Positions 58,290-64,000 of a stretch of DNA of 64,000 nt are shown piece after piece (within the stretch, counting starts at the first letter, position 1; each line of letters starts with the position of its first letter). The stretch is from Psammoneis japonica (lineage: Eukaryota), in NCBI GenBank assembly GCA_008632985.1, contig QPGO01000019.1:434001-498000 (forward strand), given 5' to 3'. The notes under the pieces are model-generated. The model ran no database searches. It was not told where the DNA came from and worked only from the letters and a program-made list of their open reading frames with translations. The translations under genes were made by a program, and so were the position numbers.

Positions 58290-61200
58290 TATAAGCATTC
58301 AGCATCACAACAACAAAGCTCGTCCACACGACATGCCAAAGACAATCAAACAAACAACACCACTGTCATTGAATTGTGATTTGTGTTCCTTCTCATGTTT
58401 TTGCTCTGTTCATGCAATCTTGTGCATCACAAGGGGGATCCATGAAACTCCCATCTCCAGCAGAGTTGCAGGAATTCCTGAATTTCAATTGACGGCTCAA
58501 GCCCTGCTCAAAAATTCTGTCAATCTGCCTCGCAACAATTCAGAGTTGAGCCGCTCGAGAACAATGCTAAGGACAAAAGTGCCAAGAAGGTCAGAATGAG
58601 AGAATGGCCTTGGCAGAACCCTTCCAGTTGGAGGAAGAGGAGTGCCAGGCACAGCTGTGAAAAAACACAACAAAACAATGGTGCTTTTGACTGCTCAGCG
58701 TGTGGGGCAGCGACACAACTGAGGCTCTTGTTGGTCTGACAGAATGTGCTGAAAAGGAGCTGGTGGCAAAAAAACAACACTTCCTGCTTGCTGTCATCTA
58801 AACAGCTGAAAATGAGTCTTTGTGAAAAAACTGCTGCTGCAGGGGCCAACAAACACATGAGTCATGACGGTTGGTGCTGCGCAAGCTTGCTTTTTTGCCA
58901 CAGCCCCCATCAGAGTTGTGCAACGTGTGCCAGAACTTGCAATCTTTCACTCAATCATTAAAGTGCACAATTGCAATTCTGCAGCTAGCTGCACTGTCCA
59001 ATGAGCTGGGTGGTCCAGCCAAAAAAAAGCCATCAAGTTGTTTTGGCACAGCTTGTGTGTCTCAACAAGGTGCTTGATGATCACAGTGTGTGCCCCTCAT
59101 TGGCTTGGCAATTCTTTGTGGTTGACAAGTGAACAACAGAAACCAATTTGTGTGCTGTTTTGTCACACTTTGGTGTCAAGAGCTGCGCCTTGGTCAAGTC
59201 AGCCCTCTCTCCCACAGAAAACCTGATGGCAAGACTGGGCCAAACATCTCATGATTTTACAATTTTCCTGTGCTTTGCCCACGTCATTTTGTGGTGCCTC
59301 TGAGACCCCCCAAACACTTGCAAGTGTGTCCAGCCCACATCAGGGCAGTTGGATCTCTGCACGCTGTGAGCTGCACTTGCCAACCTCCTTCAAACACCAG
59401 TTGTTGGATTTGGCAAAATGTTGTCATTGTTGTTTGACAGACCCCACACCATTTGTTGCCAAACTTGCACCACTTCTTGGCTTGTGGCAGGTGAGCCATG
59501 ACTTTCCAGGAAATGCTGATGATTGGCACATTTGACTGGCTGTTGACACACATTGGCAGTTGCTGTGTGCCAAAAATTGTGCACAGTCACAACTGCCTGT
59601 CATCCCATGCACTCTGTGATGTCTTGCAAAACAGCAAAAGCTTGACGTCTGTCAACAAAAATTCATTTTGGCAAACACTGTGCACATTCAGTGCAGTGCA
59701 TCCTTTTTTCAAAACACTGTGAGCTCCCAAAAGATTGACCTTGGTGTCCCAATGATCCACCCTCAAGAAAATTGCCAGCCCATCCTCAAAAAGATCTCAA
59801 ACACCAGCAGCACCTTGTGATGCATGACCAGATGGAGTCACTGTCCAGGTCACTGTCACAACACCTGTGCTTGCAATCTTGTCTTTGTGGTTTCAGAGGC
59901 CACACAAATGGTTGCACTTGCTGCATTGTTTGCCTGTGCTCCCAGTGGCAGTGTCATCATCATTGTCAATTTCCAAATCTGGGTTCAGGCTCATTGTGAT
60001 CTGGGGAGCAGCATCAGAGCTGACATCTGGAGGCTGGGAACAGACTGGTCACAGCAACAGGGGCCCAAATCCATGAATGTCCTCCCACTGGCAGACAACC
60101 AGACCCCAGTCTGCCCCAACATGTGCAAGCATGAGCACAAAAATTTGTTTTTGTAACAAATCAGGATGATTTGTCACAAATCACACCCATTTTTGATGAA
60201 TGGGTGAAATTTGCAAACAAGTGAATGTCCAAGTTTGCAAAGTGAGATCTTGTCAACCAGCCAGCATGGTGAAATTCAACAAGTTCACAGCACCTGCATG
60301 AAATGTTCAATTTGACAGCAGCCATCCAAAGCACATCTTCTGTGATGAAGTGCTGCCATGAAATCTCACATTCAACAATGAAAAGAATTCTGTGCGTGGG
60401 TTTTCATCTGCCAAATTGCCATCAAGCCCAGTTCACAGATCTTGGCACAGCTCACCATGTGGTCTCCCTTGTCACCCAAGTTGTCAAGTCATCCTCCCAC
60501 TTAATTTTCATGGCTGGCTGCAATTGTTCCACACAAATCTTCTAGTTGGCCAAGTCATTCACTCACAATGTCTCATTTGACCCACATGACTGGCTCTCCT
60601 TGAAGAACTTGTTGGCTCTTGGTGACCATCTCTTGCTCTTCCTTGGCATCTTGCATTGTCTCCTGCACCTGCACTCTCCTTTGCTGGGCTTGAGTTGCTT
60701 GGCACAAAGTGCTTGAGTCATCTTGCACACTTTCTCTTTTCTTTGCAACAGCCTCCTTTTCCACATGACCCTTTGCAGGTGATGCTCTCAAGCTTGTTCA
60801 CAACACTCGTCAGAGCTGAGAGTTGCTCTTTTGTCTTGTCACACCCCTGTGTCATCAGAAATGGCAACGCTGCTGGTGTCAGTTTCACATGTCACTTGAC
60901 ATCAATTCTTCATCAAAACTTGCAGCAAAGCTTGTCTTTGCAAAGCATGCCTGTTTTCTCTGGTTGTTGCTTTTGCACCAAAAGCATGAGTGTGACACCC
61001 TGGAAATCTTCTTCTTTGACATGATCTCTCACCTTGATGATGCATCTGCCAGCTTTTTGATCATCAGCCATTCACTTGCTTGGGTTGGTCTGTCTCTGAG
61101 CCACTGTCACAATGTTTGATCATTGTTTTTTGTGTTGTGTGTTTGCCAGCACTCAGCGGCACAGATTCAAAATTGTTCCCCTGAATTTCAAAAACATTTT

Positions 61201-63830
61201 GACCATTTGTCATCACTGCATGTGTGAACGACAACACAAGTGCAAGAGTCTGGTGGCCTTGCACCTTCTGTGCATCATGTGCAAAGAGAGTTGCCACCAG
61301 AGGCAACTTTGTGTTCCCTGCGGTGATTGGTTGGACAAAGCAGCCTCTTCTTCATCACCAGCAGAGTCTTCAGAATCATTGGAAGAGGGGCCTGATGCTT
61401 GTTCCTCTGTGCCGCCATTTTCAACCCGAGTCAAAAGGGAGTTGTCATGGCACTTGGGAGATTTCTCCACACCGCCTCCTGTGGGGCATGCAAATGTCAC
61501 CTTGTCAACATCAATCAACATGATGAAAGCAAAAATGGGCAGGGTGAAGTTTGCACAGAAGTCTTGCAGAAAGGACAAAAGAATTGCAGTGGAAGTCACC
61601 TCACACAATGGACCAAGTGGAGCTGTGGGAACTCACCCTGTGTCAACATTTCTTGGACTTTGCCAAAGCCAAAAAAGTCAACAGGCAGAAAATTCATGCA
61701 GAAGTGTTGAAGAGAGGACAAACAAATTGCAACACAAGTTGCTTCATGTGATGAACCAAGTGGATTTATGGTTGCCTTGCTCTGGGCATTGCAGAGAGGG
61801 TGGCATCAATGGAGAACTCATCATTGGCTGGATTGTGGGCAGAGTCATGACTGTGTTGTTGGGATGGTGCCAGGCAACTTGTGGCCAAAGTGACCAGCAG
61901 TGGTGGAGTCAGGGTTGGTGCTGGTTCTGCACTTCCAGAGAGGGCATTGTCAATGGGGAGCCATTGTTGGGCAGATTGTGGGCTGAGTTGTGGTTGAGTT
62001 GTTGTGGTGGCACACCAGGCAACTTGTGGCCAAAGTGATCAGCAAAGGTGATCCTCTTGGCAGTGGCACCACATTGAAGTGCCCCCCCCCCCCCCCNNNN
62101 NNNCCCGCCAGTTCCTGGCAAGGCTGAGACAGATGGCATCCCCTCTTGTGTGAGGGGATGCACGCCATTTTGTCATGGTCCTTCTTCTTGTGGGTCTGAG
62201 CGCTGGTGCCAAATTTAGGATGGGTGTGTTTCTTGTGGGTCCAGACAATGCTGGCAAAGGCACATCTTGGGGAGCACCTCCCATCCGCAGCTCCATGCAT
62301 TGGGCCCCGCCCAAAGACTGCACTGATGATCGTTGGTTGTGTCGTGCATGGCAATGTGGCACTTGAGAGTCTGGCTGTTGTTGACAAGCTGGGAGCTGGC
62401 CACATGAGACAGGCAAATTATGATGGATGTTCTGGGCAACACAAGCCTTGCCAGCAAATCAAGGTCCCTGCTCCATGCAGTGATCTCTCTGCTGCTGTTG
62501 CACTGCTTGGAGAGGTTTGAAAGTGGCCTCCTTGTTTTGATGTGTGCCAGCCAGCAGTTTGGCAATCCCACTCCTTTCTTTGCTGTTTGCAAACCAAGTT
62601 CTGAAAGCAATTGTCCTTTGCTGTTGTGGCATGGCAGCCATGTCTTCAGTCCATTCAAAAGCAATGAACTCCACAAAGTGTTGTCTTGTTTTCCCCAGGT
62701 TGCCCCAGGTGGGCGCAGCTGCGATGTGGCGCCAACCTTGGCCAACCCTTGTTCCCTTCTGCCACACTTGACAGTGTGCTGGAAGCTGGAAGTGTGGGTT
62801 AGCTGGCACCAGTCTGGCTGGCAAAGGAGTGACAGCACTTTAAAACAAGACTTTTTTGTGCCCCTGCACTGCACATTGCACTCAAGTCCAAAGTCAGGGG
62901 CCTCATGTGCACCAGTGAGAAGCTCCTGTTGCTTGCAAAGCACACTGCAGAGCACCTGTTCAGAGAAGGACAAGCTGCTTGAGCTGACTGACAGTGGCTT
63001 GGGCAGTCTTTTGGTTGTGTGCTTGGTGTGTCTTGCATGTGTGTGGTGGTGGGGCAACAGTTGTCAAGCGATGCTTGCAAGCAGTGTTCGGCATTTTCTA
63101 GATTGCTGCCTGGAGCTTTAAAAAAATGGACCGCCAGCTCATCTTGATCAACTTGGCTCTTCATTTCATCACTCAGCTCAGCAGTGGACAGACAACAGAT
63201 GCAAGCACACAAAAGCTTTGCCTGCTCTCAAAAACTGCCTGCGTGCATCGTGTCTGTGCTGGCACAGCACAGTCCTTCCATTTGCCAGCTTTTGCCTGCA
63301 ATGTGTCACAGCTGTTTCATGTCATTTTGACAACAAGCAGGCAGCACTGGGCCGATCATTGCCAACAGCTCTTTGTTTCTTTGTTTGTTTGTTGTGGGTC
63401 ATTTGTTTGATGCACCGAGGTGCGCGGCCTCTCCAAGCAAGTGGCTTCACAACCCATCATTTCCCAGCTTGCTGGTGTCAAGCACATGTGTGATCTGTGT
63501 GTGGAAAAAGGGAGGGATTCAAGCCCTCAACCTTGACGCCTGTTGTTGCACCAGGTTGTGTGAGGAACAACACATGAGATTTGGGCTGGGGTTTCTGCCT
63601 GCCCACCCACCCATTTTTTTTTGCCTGGACAGGAGGTGGCTCAAAATTGTTTTGTTCTCAGCCAAGTTTTGTGAAAGACAAAAGACTTCTGATGCCAAAC
63701 AGTGGCACTCTGTTCATCTCTGCTTGTTGACTTGCCTGGCAAACCTTCTTGGACCTGACATCGCCAGCAAATGTCTGTCGCCCGCTGTTGGCGACGACGA
63801 ACAGCGTAAATGTCATGCCTCGCATTTTTT
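58290..63830. mobile_element. TpA/CpG-depleted block 6; possible non-LTR RT relic on the minus strand at ~59300-59800
   Basis: Composition is clear. GHQG, KFG.K.CGV and TCKCLG (possibly YKYLG) occur in RT order. ~144-bp tandem duplication at ~61793-62038; N gap at 62097-62103. Confidence 0.5.
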
Positions 63831-64000
63831 ATTGCCATCTACATACTGTGGCGCCACTTTATCAACATTGGGGTTAATGTTCCACGGTTCGTTAGCTTTT
63901 TATATTTTAAAATTGATGATTCTTTTTCTTCATTTTAATGTTTTTGAAGAACACTGAATTACTTGCAGTATCGTGAGATGACATATGCGTAGAATGTTCG

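Noticed and set aside
58780..58815. FSCLDD as a mutated YLDD RT motif
   Set aside because: It lies downstream of the putative KYLG, in the wrong order, with no supporting motifs.
62082..62106. Poly-C tract with Ns
   Set aside because: Assembly gap at a homopolymer.
61112..63121. ORFs of 308, 280 and 233 aa as genes
   Set aside because: Same stop-depletion artefact; no recognisable domains.

Overview
Eukaryotic genomic DNA, most likely a pennate diatom (inferred from 75-90 bp GT-AG introns, a diatom-type Gypsy element and the gene set). The window is a mosaic. Gene islands with ordinary dinucleotide content hold a GT47 and a GT8 glycosyltransferase, a large PWWP-like/Cdc6 gene, V-ATPase subunit H, a DnaJ protein, a PD-(D/E)xK-like orphan, an HPP protein, a Deg protease, two leishmanolysins, an M64-like peptidase, a sulfotransferase relic and a GT/O-fucosyltransferase fusion. 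They alternate with six sharply bounded repeat/TE blocks (~1-9430, ~14070-18560, ~29130-35030, ~38040-39290, ~44140-45640, ~58290-63830). In these blocks TpA is almost erased, CpG is partly to nearly fully lost, and TpG/CpA are strongly enriched. A complete Gypsy element (175-bp LTRs, TCGGG TSD) shows the process directly: conserved Tyr codons became Cys/His, and its LTRs differ only by transitions, 19 of 20 at YpR dinucleotides, including 7 reciprocal TG/CA swaps. The main candidate discovery is a repeat-targeted TpA->TpG/CpA (A:T->G:C) hypermutation process, opposite in direction to fungal RIP, acting on top of CpG decay. All counts were made by eye and block boundaries are approximate.
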